DNA from: Camelus dromedarius | Lineage: Eukaryota | Length of the DNA: 64,000 nucleotides | NCBI RefSeq assembly: GCF_036321535.1 | Contig: NC_087437.1 | Location: 52,268,001-52,332,000 of the forward strand | Direction of reading: 5' to 3' | Shown: piece after piece, positions 29,315 to 41,690 of the stretch | How positions within the stretch are numbered: the stretch's first letter is position 1 | How the letters are laid out: the number at the start of each line of letters is the position of its first letter | Program-made: the position numbers and the translations under genes | Notes under the pieces: generated by a model | The model's input: only the letters and a program-made list of their open reading frames with translations | The model's database searches: none | What the model was told of the DNA's origin: nothing

Positions 29315-29669
29315 CTGTAAAATGACTTTTTGTATTCTCCTTTTCCACATAACATTATACATCATGAGTTCTTTCCCTATAGCATCATCTATTCTTTGAA
29401 AACATTAAGTCTGTGGTACCAGTTAAAAAGTTAAAGTAATTATTTAATGTTCAACCTTTATTTGTTTATTTATTTTTGCCACCTGCTCTTCATCTAGCAT
29501 TTATCCAGGGATTAGGCTTTTTTCTCACCAAGCCATCATATTTCACACTCCAGTGTTATTAAAGCTTTATTTTTTAAATCCTTTTTTGGTTCTAGAGAAA
29601 CAAGATGAACTTCATTCTGAATCTCAGAACTATTACTCCTATAACTTTAGATTAAAATAATTTTTCATG

Positions 29670-29900
29670 TAATAATAGCATTTAACATGTACTGGATAAA
29701 TACTATATACATCAGGCACTGTGCTAAGTAGTTTTGTTTAATATTCTTAGCACCTAAGTTAAGCAGTATAACAATGTCCATTTTACAGGTACAGAAGTTT
29801 AAGGTTTTGAGATGTTAAGTGACTAGTTCAGACACGTGACTCTGTAACTGGTAGAATAAGGACTTGAGCTTGGGCAGTCTGACTGTACAGCCCACATTCT
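29670..29900 (-). mobile_element. MIR SINE
   Basis: caggcactgtgctaagt...ccattttacaggtacagaa...gttaagtgact. Confidence 0.65.
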
Positions 29901-29989
29901 GAAAAGTTATACTACATTCTTCTACTTGTGGCATAAGGTAAGTACTATCATCCCAATTTTACAGAAACCAAGGCACAGACAAGAGTACA

Positions 29990-32000
29990 GTGATTTCACT
30001 TTTTAACTGTTTATTTCTGGCATGTAGAAATGCAATTACTTTAGAGATACTGATTTTATATCCAGCAAAATTGCTAAATTCTATTATTAATTCTAATAAT
30101 TTACTGATAGATTATTTTGATTTTCTACAATCATACCTTCTGAATAAGGAAGTTTTGTTTCTTTCTTCCCAATCCTTATACCTTTTCTTTCTTTTTCTAG
30201 CCTTTCTAGCCTGGCCAGGGCCTAGAATACAATGTCAAATCCACATGGTGATAGCAGCCAGCCTTGTCTTGTTCCTTTCACATAAGGAAATCTTTCAATT
30301 TACCATTTTGTTTGATATTTGCTGGAGGTTTTTAAAAATAGATGTTTTGCCTAGTAAAGACATTTTCTTTCTATACTTTGTTTACCAAGAATTTTTATCT
30401 CTAATGAATGTTAAACATTACCAAGTGTTTTTTTTTCCCTGCACCTTTTGAAATAATCACAATTTTTCTCCTTTAATCTTTTACTAGGATGAATCACATT
30501 GACATTCTAATGTTTAACTAATCTAGTATGTCCAGAATAAAAGTGATGTATTATGCTTTTTATATACTGCTGGATTCAATTTTATAATAGATTGTTTCAG
30601 ATTTTTATACCTACCAAATGAAATTGGTCTGTAATTTTGCTTTTTTGTACTGTCCTTGACAGATGTTATCAAGATTATGCCAGCCTCACAAAATGAGTTG
30701 GGAAGTATATTGGGTTGAATGGTGTCCACTCAGAACACATGAACATGATCTTATTTGGAAACAGGGTCTTTGCAGACGTAATCAGGTAAAGAAGAGGTCA
30801 TACTGGGTTGGGGAGGGGTGTCTATATAAGATCAGGGAAATTTGGACACAGGGGAGAAGTCCACAGGAAGACAGAGGCAGAAAGAAAAGTAGTGCAACAA
30901 GCAGCCATGGAATGCCAAGTATTGCCAACAGCCACAGAAGCTAGAAGAGGCGAGGAGAGAGTCTTCCCTAGGGCCTTTGGAGGAAGAAGGGCCTTGCAGA
31001 TACCTTGATTTTGAACTTCTAGCCTCTGGAACTCTGAAAGAATAAATTTCTGTTGTTTTGAGCCACCCAGTTTGAGCACCAGTTTCTGTTGTTTTGAGCA
31101 GCCCCAGGAAACTAATATAGGAAGTGTTCCCTCTTTTTATTCTCTGAAACATTTGTGATAACATTTTCCTTGACTTTTCAGTTAGAGGTTACCAATGAAG
31201 TCACCTGGGACTTGAATTTACTTTGTGAGATTCTTGATTACTAATTCAATTTCTTTAATGGTTTTCTGTTTCTTCTTGAGTCAGTTTTATAAGCTGTATT
31301 TTTCTATGTGCTCATGTTATCTTTTCCAATGGCTAGAGCACCTGCAGTGATATCCCTTTTGTCTTTATTTATATGTATTGTTTGTATCTTCTCTTTTTTC
31401 CTTGATAAGTCTCTCTGAAGCTTTTTCATTAGTCTTTTCAAAGAACCAATTCTTGACATTATTGTTGTCTTGATTCACATTTGTTTTCTATTTTAGTAAT
31501 TTCTCCTCTATCATTTCCTTCCTTCTGCTTCATTTGGGCTTATTTTACTGTTTGTTTTGTCAGTTCCATGATAAAGATGCTTGTCACAATATGTTTCAGT
31601 CTTTTTTCTTTTCTGATGTATACCTTTAAGGCTACACATTTTCTGCTAAGCATTGCTTTAGCTGTATGCCTCAACTTTTATATGTTGTTTTTATTATCAA
31701 TCAGTTCAAAATATTTTCTAAATTGCATAATGATTTCTGCTTTGACTCAGAGGCTTTCAAGAAGTGAATTTATTTTCCAAACACGTGAGAAGCTCTAGTT
31801 ATATCTTTGTTATTGATTTCTAGCTTGATTGCATTTTTGTCAGAGAACACATTCTAAATGAAATTTATTGAGATAAGCTTCTATGGTCCAGTACCTGATC
31901 AATTTTTGTAAATGCTGCAGATTTGAGAAGAATATATATTTTCCAATTGTTGGGCACTTTGTTCTATCTAAGCCCATTTAGGTCAAGTCTGATAATCCCT
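29990..32000 (-). mobile_element. Ancient L1 ORF2 fragment, split by an LTR
   Basis: ORF-track 30523..30729 contains LPNSFCEAGIILI...NYRPIS, the L1 ORF2p Z-region motif. Confidence 0.8.
30706..31119 (+). mobile_element. MaLR solo LTR (MLT1B/C-like)
   Basis: ttatttggaaacagggtctttgcaga...gcagccccaggaaactaatata; perfect 5-bp TSD ggaag (30701-30705 / 31120-31124). Confidence 0.88.
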
Positions 32001-32694
32001 AATGCTTTCCAAGGGAAATTATTTTTTTCTGCCTCTGAACTCTAACTATATTCTCTCCTACCTCTGTTGTGACAAAGAAATATCAATTCTGACTTTTCAT
32101 AATTCTGATCCCTCTCTCCACACCTCAAAGTCACCATCTTGGGCTCCCAACCTTAAGTTTTCAAACAGTTGAGTAAGCCATGAAATAGCTGGTTAACGTT
32201 TGGTACATTATTTAATCTCTTAGGCTCAGCCTTTTCATCTGTAAATGGAAATTGTAGGATTTACTGAGGATTAAAGTATAAAGTGTGTAAAAATATTACT
32301 AGTTTCATTAATAAGCTATACAGTACTGGCACATAGCAGGCAAGCTAAACAGTAATTATTATGATTAATGTCTTTATTTATTTATTGTCATGATTTCAAC
32401 ATCTATATCTTCTCAGGCTACCACTGACATACATTAAATTCCTTTGGCTACAGTAAGAATGCATGGACCTTCATATCCATGTGATCTTTGTCAAAGAGTA
32501 TATTTATTTGGGAAAAGAAGACAGTGTGCTACAAATACCATTGAATAAATCACCATTTCAGATACTTCTGCCATATTTTGTCACTATGTTTGCATTTTCA
32601 CAGGATAACCTAATAAAAAGTGTGATGGCCCCTGAGATGGGTAAGTATCAGAAGAAAAATGAACTCCATTTCAAGACTCTGTAAAATAAAAAAT

Positions 32695-32860
32695 AACATT
32701 TATTGAACATCTGCATGTAGGCACTGCTCTAGGGATTTTCAGATGTGTTATCTCATTTAATCTCACAAGAACCTGTTAAGATATAAATATTATGGTATGC
32801 ATTTTATCAGTAGAGAAATTGAGGTTCAGGAGATTAAAGGGACTTGCCAAAGCTCACATA
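32695..32860 (-). mobile_element. MIR SINE
   Basis: atctcatttaatctcacaag...gaaattgaggttcaggagattaaagggacttgccaaag. Confidence 0.65.
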
Positions 32861-33098
32861 GGGTGGAGACATATGCAGAGCAGGTAGATACTAGCTGGTA
32901 TAACAGCCATCAAAAGTCTGCAACTAAATGTCCTCCAAAGGCCCAATCCAATATAAAACAGAGTAAGGTCCGCATCTTCTCTGGGTCTCTCCTGTCTGTC
33001 CTGGGTGACTCCTGTCTCTTTTCCACAATGTTTCTCATTCCCACTCAAGTCTCTCATATTCATTACCCACAGGGACAGCTAATGCAGTATTGATCTCA

Positions 33099-33284
<186 letters not shown>

Positions 33285-33748
33285 TCAGAACCAAATTTCT
33301 ACCTTCTCAAAGTTTTTTTTCCCTCTCCTAACAATGAAAAATTATACTCATACATGATGGATAAAAATCCTAGATACTATCATTAAGCTTTCACTAATTT
33401 GTTTAACAAATAATATATCTGTCTACTGTAAATTAAGCAGTGAACTGATTAAATACATAAGTTTAGAAAAACAGTGGTTTCCTGCATTCTGTTGTAACTT
33501 AGACCACTTAGAATCAGCACTATCAACTTAAAAAATATTACATACATCTTCTATGTACAGTGAAAGGAGTTTACAGCATCCTAGGAGAACAAAATACACA
33601 CAGCACAGTATCACACTAAGATGAGTGCTGTAACAAAGGTGCAAAGAAAGTCATATGGAAGTTCTGAGGGGAAAGAAATTGCTTTCAATTTGTCATATTG
33701 GCAAAATATAAGAAAACTGGAATAGTCTAGAAGAAACAGTCTAAGAGA

Positions 33749-34220
33749 TGTAGCAGGGGCTGCAAGTTACCCCCAAATATCCCTTCCTCCTGACCTTCTT
33801 CAAAATATTAAACATCTAGTTTCATTTCGATACATAGCTGCCCAAAATAAAGACTACATTTCCCAATAGTAAGGTCAGCCCACGGCATTGAGTTCTGGCC
33901 AACGGGATAGAAACAGATTTGGTATATGCAACTTTGGGGAAGAGTCCTTAAAGGACCTGGTATGCTTTTCTCTTTTTCTTCCCTCTCTACTCCTGGCAGG
34001 AATGCTAGATGGCTAGATTGGGAGCAGCCATTATGGATCATGAGGTGGAAGCTCTTTCTTGAGGATGGCAGAGCAAAAGATAGATGGAATTGGGGTCCCT
34101 GATGACTATGGAGGAGCCATGCCATTCCAGGACACTGTGAGAGAAATCAACTTTTTCTTGCTTAATCCACTATTTTGAGTTTTCTGTCACTAGCAGCCAA
34201 ACCTAATTCTAACTAATTTA
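33749..34220 (+). mobile_element. Old MaLR LTR (MLT1I/J-like)
   Basis: TGTAGCAG start; agactacatttccca, gagttctggccaa; ends gcagccaaacctaattctaactaat. Confidence 0.7.
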
Positions 34221-34901
34221 GGAGGTAAAGGCAAAGTCTGGAAAAGGAAGGGCATGTAATAGATTTTGCCAAGTTTCAGTAGATGAGGGAGTCATCTGTG
34301 GGGGAGATAAAGCCAAGATTAAATGGATCTCCCAGAGGAAAAGAGAGCAGAGGGTAGGTCCTCTAGATACATCCTCATTTAAGAGGTGGGAGAGGCTCAG
34401 CAGAGTGATTCAGCACCAGGGGAAGCCCGAAGTCACAGAGACAAAGAGAGGAGAATTTGCCAAGAAGCAGAGGATCAACAACTGCCAAGAGATAGTAAGG
34501 AGGAGAACTAGGAAAGTGGTGAGGAATTGCTTACAGAAAGATGACAGAACCAGAGTCCAATCAGTTTTGCCTTAGAATGCTGAGTATTCTGGGGGAAATG
34601 TCTCCTCATTAGTATACAGGGTGAAAAAAAATTGTGAAACAAACAACAAACTTCCAGAAGAACCAGATTGTTCAGATTAGCAACCCTGAGTTAAAACCTC
34701 AGGGAATAAAAGAGATATTTGCCCTTTACATGGTAATTCCCTCTCACCTAGTTATTTGTCACTATTTAACCATGATGAGATCAAACAAAACATCTTGCTT
34801 CATCTAGTTAGTCATCTGTAATTTTGTTTCTGCTTTTTTCCTAACAACTATTATAACAGGCATTAATCACATTGTTGAAACTACCCTTAATACCCATAGT
34901 T

Positions 34902-35022
34902 GGGGAGGGGGTAATTAGATTTATTTATTTATTTATTTATTATTTAGTGGAGGTACTGGGGATTGAACCCATGACCTCATGCATGCCAAACATGCACTCT
35001 ACCACTGAGCTATACTGTCCCC
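34902..35022 (-). mobile_element. vic-1-type SINE
   Basis: gaggtactggggattgaaccc...ctctaccactgagctata. Confidence 0.9.
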
Positions 35023-35459
35023 TCAACTAGTTAATTAAAAACCAAATCTGCTAATGGAAAACTGACTCTGAACCACCCATAATACCAAGAAGTCCAAAAG
35101 GCACATATTCCTTTTGGGTAAGGATGGCTGCAAAATTAGCCAAAATGAGCTCAATCTGTGCCACTGAGGAGGCAAGACTGGCTTTTCCCATTTCAACCAA
35201 TCCCTACTCTTATGTTCTTGCTAATTTCACAAAAAATCAAACACAGGAAAAAAATGAAAATGACTGCAAGAGATACAGCTTTACTAGATCTTAGCTGAGT
35301 GAAAGGGACCACAGCGTCACAGCAATGTCAGGGTCACAGGGGTTAAGAAATTATTTTCCCCCTTTAATATTGTCAGGTTTGGAGAAATGGAGTCTAAAGG
35401 GAACATTTCACGAATGGTGACCAACTCTTTAGCTTCTGTGACTATAGGAAATCTTTTTT

Positions 35460-35640
35460 GTGACAATTTTTTTAAACTGAATATCGTCAAATCATGGCTT
35501 GTAACCAGCATTTTTTACAAAGAAATAGAAAAGAATACATCAAGCATGTAAGGATGTCTTGTTTCACGAAACTTTGTCTTCAGTTATGTATTTGTGTGTG
35601 TGTGTCTTAGGTTGCTATGTAAAACATGGATTAACATATG
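35460..35640. mobile_element. hAT-Charlie-type MITE fragment (same family as 53975-54320)
   Basis: gtaaccagcatttttt...gtttcacgaaactttg...cagttat...ggttgctatgtaaaa. Confidence 0.55.
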
Positions 35641-37572
35641 GATTATAGCAAAAAAAAAAAAAAAAAATCTGAAAGCCATTATACTGGGAGATAGACCTAG
35701 TAATCAGGTATGTCCTACACTTGTAAAGAGGGCTGGCATTTATCTGAATAGAGGGAAACATGGCTGGCTAAAGGAGAAAGGAAAGACTTAAACTATTTAC
35801 TGGGTCAAAAAATATTCAAATAAGAATTCTCAGTTAGCTAGGAAGAAATAATTTCCACATAAAATTAGAAATAGGAAGGGGGAAAGGGAGGAAGGGAAGA
35901 AGAAAACTATACAGCAAAAAAAAAAAAAAAAAAATTGGGAACCTGTTACACTTAATGAATGTGCTGGGACATACACATTTACCTAAATATAAGTTCAGAA
36001 GAACGTAGATGGGAAAGGGCAAGAAAGTATTTATTCCCAAGTGAAGGAAATCTTGATACAGCTGAAATGAATCCTGAGCAGTGGGGCCTGTTGGTAGGGG
36101 CTTGAAACAGGCTTTCTAACAGAAATGACAACAGCTAACATCTGTTAAGTGCCAGTTTATAATCTCCAATACATTTAAACCTCACAACAGCTTTATGAGG
36201 TAGATATTTACATTTCCCTTGCAAGGGGGTGGGAGATAGGTTAAATATCAGAAACATTTTAAGTACTTACAGGAAAATATCCCTAGTTATAGAAAGACTG
36301 TGGAACTTTTCCCCAAACTCTTGGAGAGCACAGGTTAAGGCAGAGAATCCCAATATTTAGTAATTCTAATTAGAATACAGACAAGTCCAAAATTGATACG
36401 TAATCATATTACTAATGTTTTTCTTCATCAAAACCAAAATAACAAATATTTTGCTTTTTTCTGAGTGGCAAGTAAGTGGATATATCATCCTTGCATGATT
36501 TTATTTCTAAATTTTTTGTAGTAGTAAATGCAAAATTTCATATTAGAATAAGAATTATAATATTAATGCTAATGATAAAATCAAATCTGATGAAACTAGG
36601 ATAAAAATTCAGTTAAAATTAGCAGGTCTTCTCATTTCAATGTCTTTTTGCTCCAGCAGCATGTGATAAGGATTCTGACCAAAGGTCTTTTTATGCATTA
36701 TATATTCTTTGTAAATTATAAAATTTCTGCTAATCCTACTGCCTGTGGATGGGTGACTCTTTCCTAGGCTGATGTATCACTACACTTTTTTCAGAGAGAT
36801 AAAAGAACCAAACCTAATAACTTCATTAATTTTCAAAACAGCAGCATTTTTAAAGTTATGTTGGAAGTGCATTGAACACACGTGATATGGCTTAGAGAGT
36901 TTAGCACGGAAGGTCCTCCACAAAAAAAAAAGAACATAAACGGCACAATAGTTTTTCAGAAGATGCTGTTTAACAGGCTTATTCTGACATGGATCTTCCA
37001 CTGAAGCCCCAAGACCCTGAGGTTTAGAACAAATCAAGAGTTACACCTTTGAATTTCTGGGCCAGGACACAATTCTGTGTTGGCATTAATGGGGACCTTT
37101 ATTACTTCTTAACCATGGGAAGCCACTTTATTGTTGGATTCCTAGAGCTTTTAGTGGCACACTATTAAGAGTGGCCTGGACCCCAGGTTGGGAAGCGAGG
37201 GATCAAGGTCCAGCCAGCATTGCACAAAGACCTTTGGAACAGAAACTACGCCTGAGAAGTCAAAGTTTCAAGCAAGCAGAAGAGTTCAGCACGAAGTTCG
37301 CAGGGACAGCTGGGTTTGGGCCCAGCTCCCCTACTTGGTAGCCATCTGTCTGCCTCTCATTCTCGGTTTCCTTACCAGCAAAACGGAGATGAGGGTTCTC
37401 TGTAAACAGGAACCAAGCTAACCTCCGTAAAAGGCCCTGGTATATGCCATGGTTCAATCCATGCCAGTGTTTCTCCGTTTAAACCAGCAAGGGAGAGTTA
37501 AAACCTCCACGGCCTGCAGGCGGCTAAGACCCCACTTGCTGTCCCAGGGCTGGAGGTGACCGAGCCTGTTAC

Positions 37573-37646
37573 CTGATCGCGTTGACCGGCGGGTTTCGTA
37601 GGCGGATCAGTGCCAGAGAGTTCTGCAGCCGCGCAAACTCGGCCAT
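37573..37646 (-). CDS. EHHADH: EHHADH coding exon 1 (74 nt): MAEFARLQNSLALIRLRNPPVNAI(S)
   Basis: ATG at 37646 in AACATGG context; donor CAG|GTAACA; NPPVNA crotonase motif; phase 2 matches exon 2. Confidence 0.97.
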
Positions 37647-37689
37647 GTTTCCTCTGCCTCGTAAGTGCCGCCACCTCCCATCACTGGGT

Positions 37690-37800
37690 AATATCACATT
37701 CCCTGGGCGCCGGGCCAGCCCCGCGAGGAGGGACGCCCACTGGGCCAATGCGGGCGGGGCACCGCCTCCCACCGCTCGGCCAATCCGGGGCACAGGTGCC
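37690..37800 (-). promoter_or_regulatory. EHHADH: EHHADH proximal promoter (small CpG island, TATA-less)
   Basis: CpG-rich ~37500-37800; two CCAAT boxes (37745-37749, 37780-37784, + strand) flanking a GC box GGGCGGGG (37752-37759), 100-140 nt upstream of the ATG. Confidence 0.8.
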
Positions 37801-38740
37801 CATCTCCACCCCAACCCTCCTCCTTCCCCGAGCCCCAACCCTGCAGACCCTTGCCGTCTCTTCCTCTTTGTTGGTTCCCATCCTGCTCCCATTACAAAAT
37901 AGATCAGGGAGGACGATGGGCAGTGGGAGGAAGGTCCAGCAAGTCGAGATCTGCAAACTCCAGGCCCAGAGGGGCTGGCTTCCCCGGACAAGTTCTGGGA
38001 TCGTTAAATTGGTGGAGCATCCCCATCACAGATTTCATCTTCATGATCCTTCTTAACAGGGAGAGATATATCTGGGATCCTGACAATCATGTGATGACAC
38101 ACACCTGGAACACATAAAACACACAGATTATGCATTTCACCTAAATGAGTATGGTACTAACATCAACCAAATATTTACTGAACTGTCATACAGCAATCGA
38201 GTGTAAACCACAACTTTCCTTTTTTTTTTTTCCTGTTGCCATTCCTAAGGATTGTGATTTCTAATTCTTCAACCGTGAATCAAGTACCTATGCTGTTAGG
38301 CTGCAGGCAGGCCCAGCCCCTTCCCTCTAAAACTTCTAGCTGGGACAAGGTTTTTCAAGATGCAATTGGCCTCCACTGGTCTCTGCAGTCCATCAGGTGG
38401 TCTGAAGGCACTCTGGAAGTTTCAGAGGGAACAAAACAAATGTTGGCAACGATTAAGAATTATTTTCATACATATTCTTTTATCTATTGAAAATAAAACC
38501 AGTTTCCTACTTCTAGGAAAGTACCCATGGCCTTGAAGCCCTGGAAACAAGTAGCAGACATAACCTATCCAATCCATCAAGGACAACCTATCAAGGACAG
38601 ACCCTCACCTTTGACAGACAGCCAATCACGTTCCTCTGGGTGCCAACATTCAACACCAACCAGTTTCTTTCAAGTGGCATCAATCTCTACTACCTCTCAA
38701 ACTCACCAATCCCCAAATTCCACCTTTCCCAAAAACTTGA

Positions 38741-39496
38741 TGTAAGATTAACAGTGTGCTCTGCTTGGAGAGACTGTGTATGGCCAACGTAGCTTTCCCT
38801 TACTGCAGGAAGCAATACATTCAGTGTTGTCTTCTTGTTTCAGATATTGGTCTCCAGGGGAACAACTCTGCTGTGGCATCCTAACAAGTTTGAAAGTCTC
38901 CACAGAGGCCACGCAGGCAAGGCTTAACAATTCTGAAATTGCTCCTGGAGCAAGCAGAGAACAGCATGTTGTGGCACGGCCTAGAGGCAGTTTCTCATCT
39001 TTATATTGGGGTCAGCCACAAGTCATTTCTAATCTCTCTCTCCAGTTCCAGATGAACACAGAACTTTCTACCTTGCACCACCCTCCCCTTAGGCACAGCT
39101 GCAAACTTCTGTGTAAATCTGTATGACTGCTTGGCAGTAGTTGGCTCCTCAACAGGGCAGGAACTAGGGCAGGTGAGCAAGGCACCTCACAGGCAAAACT
39201 GAAGAGGACACTCACTCCCAGTTTCATGCAGTTGCTGACCCTGCCCTGCTCCTTAACAACAGAGCGATCCCCACAGTTCCTATATTCTGTCATCCAGCCC
39301 CTCCTGTTTGGTGTCTTACTGTGGGACTAGGGATGCAGGGAGCTGACACATGCTGGTCTTTGTTTTGCTGTCTATGTAAATAATAAACTGTCTAAATCTA
39401 TTTAGACTCCTTACGGGCCAAATCTGTGGAAGTGTGGCAAGCCAATTTAGCAGGTGCCACCATGCTGCTGCTTACAGACCCCTTGATCCTTTGACA
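38741..39496 (+). mobile_element. ERVL-type solo LTR (LTR41/LTR40-like) ~1 kb upstream of EHHADH
   Basis: TG...CA termini (tgtaag / ctttgaca), AATAAA at ~39382, gtgggactagggatgcagggagctg R-region motif. Confidence 0.6.
39153..39248. mobile_element. MER81-like hAT-Blackjack MITE inside the LTR
   Basis: Perfect 9-bp TIR cagggcagg / cctgccctg and 8-bp TSD ctcctcaa / ctccttaa. Confidence 0.85.
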
Positions 39497-39687
39497 GTCT
39501 CTTGATCATTGTGATGGATTGTTATATTGAGTTGTCTTCTCATTTGTCTCAATAAGTGCTACTAAACAGGATGCCGTTCCTCTTGACTAATGCACTTCCA
39601 CATCAGTTGCATGTTACTGCTTTTGCTTGTTAAATATGTCATTTGTTGTCATGATGTTGCAATTCACAAATAGACCAGTTGATCAGA

Positions 39688-39825
39688 AGTATATTCAATA
39701 TCTTGTATTAACCTATAATGGAAAAGTTGAAAAAATGTGTGTGTGAACATATATATGTAACTGAATCACTGTTGTACACCTGAAAATAACACAATATTGT
39801 AAATCAACTATACTTCAATAAAAAG
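39688..39825 (+). mobile_element. Very short cetartiodactyl L1 3' end
   Basis: tatattcaatatcttgta...tgtaaatcaactatacttcaataaaaa. Confidence 0.8.
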
Positions 39826-40800
39826 TTCATTAGAGCTTAAAAGAAAAATATAAGAATGTAAATATAAAACTTTTGTGTACTAGAACATGCAAATATGTAC
39901 TTATACTAAAACCAGAGCTAGCTATCTCACCTTAGCTTTCCCTGCATTGGTAGTCTTTTATTTCTGGAACCCAGGGGTTATGTTGTGAAACTCCATTTAA
40001 CTGTGGCATGAAGCTATCAGAGCTGACTTCTTTGGTAAACCATCAGGGTTTTGGGTTTTGTTTTTTTTTTTTGTTTTTTTTGGGGGAATAATTGCAAGAT
40101 ATTGCTTTCTAGTTGGAGAAATAAAATTTCTCACATGTTCTCTTCAGTGTCCCTTCCCCTTTCACTGTGGAATACAAGCAGACAGGAGTCTCCAGGGGAG
40201 GAGAGAGCCACAGCTAGAAGTCTGACTTCCCACATTATTTTGTGAAGGAGAGCTGCCCCACTGACTGGAACCAACATGGACTGTTAAAAAATTTTAACCT
40301 GTCCTAACTAATACAATGAAAAAATGGGCAGAGAGTACAGTGAAGTTGGCTTGGGGAGAAAAGCTGCTCATATAGTGTCTGAAATGAGAGACAGGATAAA
40401 AATAATTTCTTCAAATACTGATATTATCAGTAATAATAATTTTTATAATTTCACATGGCTTGCTCAAGTTTTGAGCCTTGGAGATACACACACACACATA
40501 TATATATTCTGATAAACTGGCACCATTTAAAAAGAGGCTACATACACATAATTTGAGATGCCCTCGCTTATTTAGTTTAATATTCTTTCTCATATCTTTA
40601 GTCAATATTCTTTTTTCATGCCTCAACAACATTCCTAGCACAAGATTACCCATCTTTCTTTGAATGCTCCCAGTGATGGGGAACTTAGTACTTGGCAGTC
40701 CTGCTTGCTAAAAATTTGCCCTGTTCCTTAGGACATTCCACTCCCTGACTCTTCTTTTGTTATAAACTAAGTCTCTCTTTAATAGAACACTCCTTCCAGT

Positions 40801-40944
40801 GGGGAGACTATAGCTCAGTGGTAGAGTGCATACCAAGCATGCACAAGTTCCTGGGTTCAATCCTCAGTACCTCTGTTAAAAAATAATAAATAAATAAATA
40901 AACCTAATTACCCAATCCCCACTGAAAACAAAAACAAAATTAAT
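40801..40944 (+). mobile_element. vic-1-type SINE
   Basis: ggggagactatagctcagtggtagag...cctgggttcaatcc...(taaa)n aacctaattacc; imperfect TSD aacactccttccag / aacactctttcag. Confidence 0.92.
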
Positions 40945-41039
40945 AAACACTCTTTCAGCTAACAAGTCAGTCTTAAACCTGCTCCTTTTAGGCTCTTTCT
41001 CTAGGATGACCAGTTCTCATATGAGAAGCTATCTCTAGT

Positions 41040-41690
41040 TAATCACTACATAAGTTGTTCTGGACACTCATTTGAAGTGTGCAATTCTGTGATTTTTTAG
41101 TATATTCACAATATTATCTACCATCACCACTTTCTAATTCCAGAACATTTTAACACCCCCAAAAGCAGTCACTTACATTCCCCTTTCGCCTCCTCCCCTA
41201 GCCAACACAGATCTACCCTAAGGGAGACACTAATCTGTCTCTGAGTTTACATATTCTGGACATTTCACAAAAACGGAATCACACAATATGTGGCCTTTTG
41301 TGTCTGGTTTCTTTCACCTAGCATAATGTTTTTAAGAGTCACCCATTTAGTAGCATGTATCAGGACTTCATTCCTTTTTATGGCTGAATATCCAGTTTGT
41401 TTATCCATTCATCAGTTGGTGGATATTTGGGTTGCTTCCACTTTTTGGTTATTATAAACAATGCTGCTTTGAACATTTAATGTACATGGTTTTGTGTAAA
41501 TTATGTTTTTAATTTTCTATACCTAGAAGTAGAATTGCTTGGTCATATGGTAATTCTATCTTTAACTTTTTGAGGAATTGCCAAACTGACACCATTTAGC
41601 ATACAAAATATACAGCAATGTTCGAGGTTCCAATTTCTCCAAATCCTTGCCAATACTTGTCCATTTTTTATTATTAGGCTAGTTGTCCTT
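41040..41690 (-). mobile_element. Old L1 (L1MB-like) 3' end
   Basis: Antisense L1 3'UTR motifs (attctggacatttcac, ttatccattcatcagttg, gtagaattgcttggtcatatggt). Confidence 0.85.
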
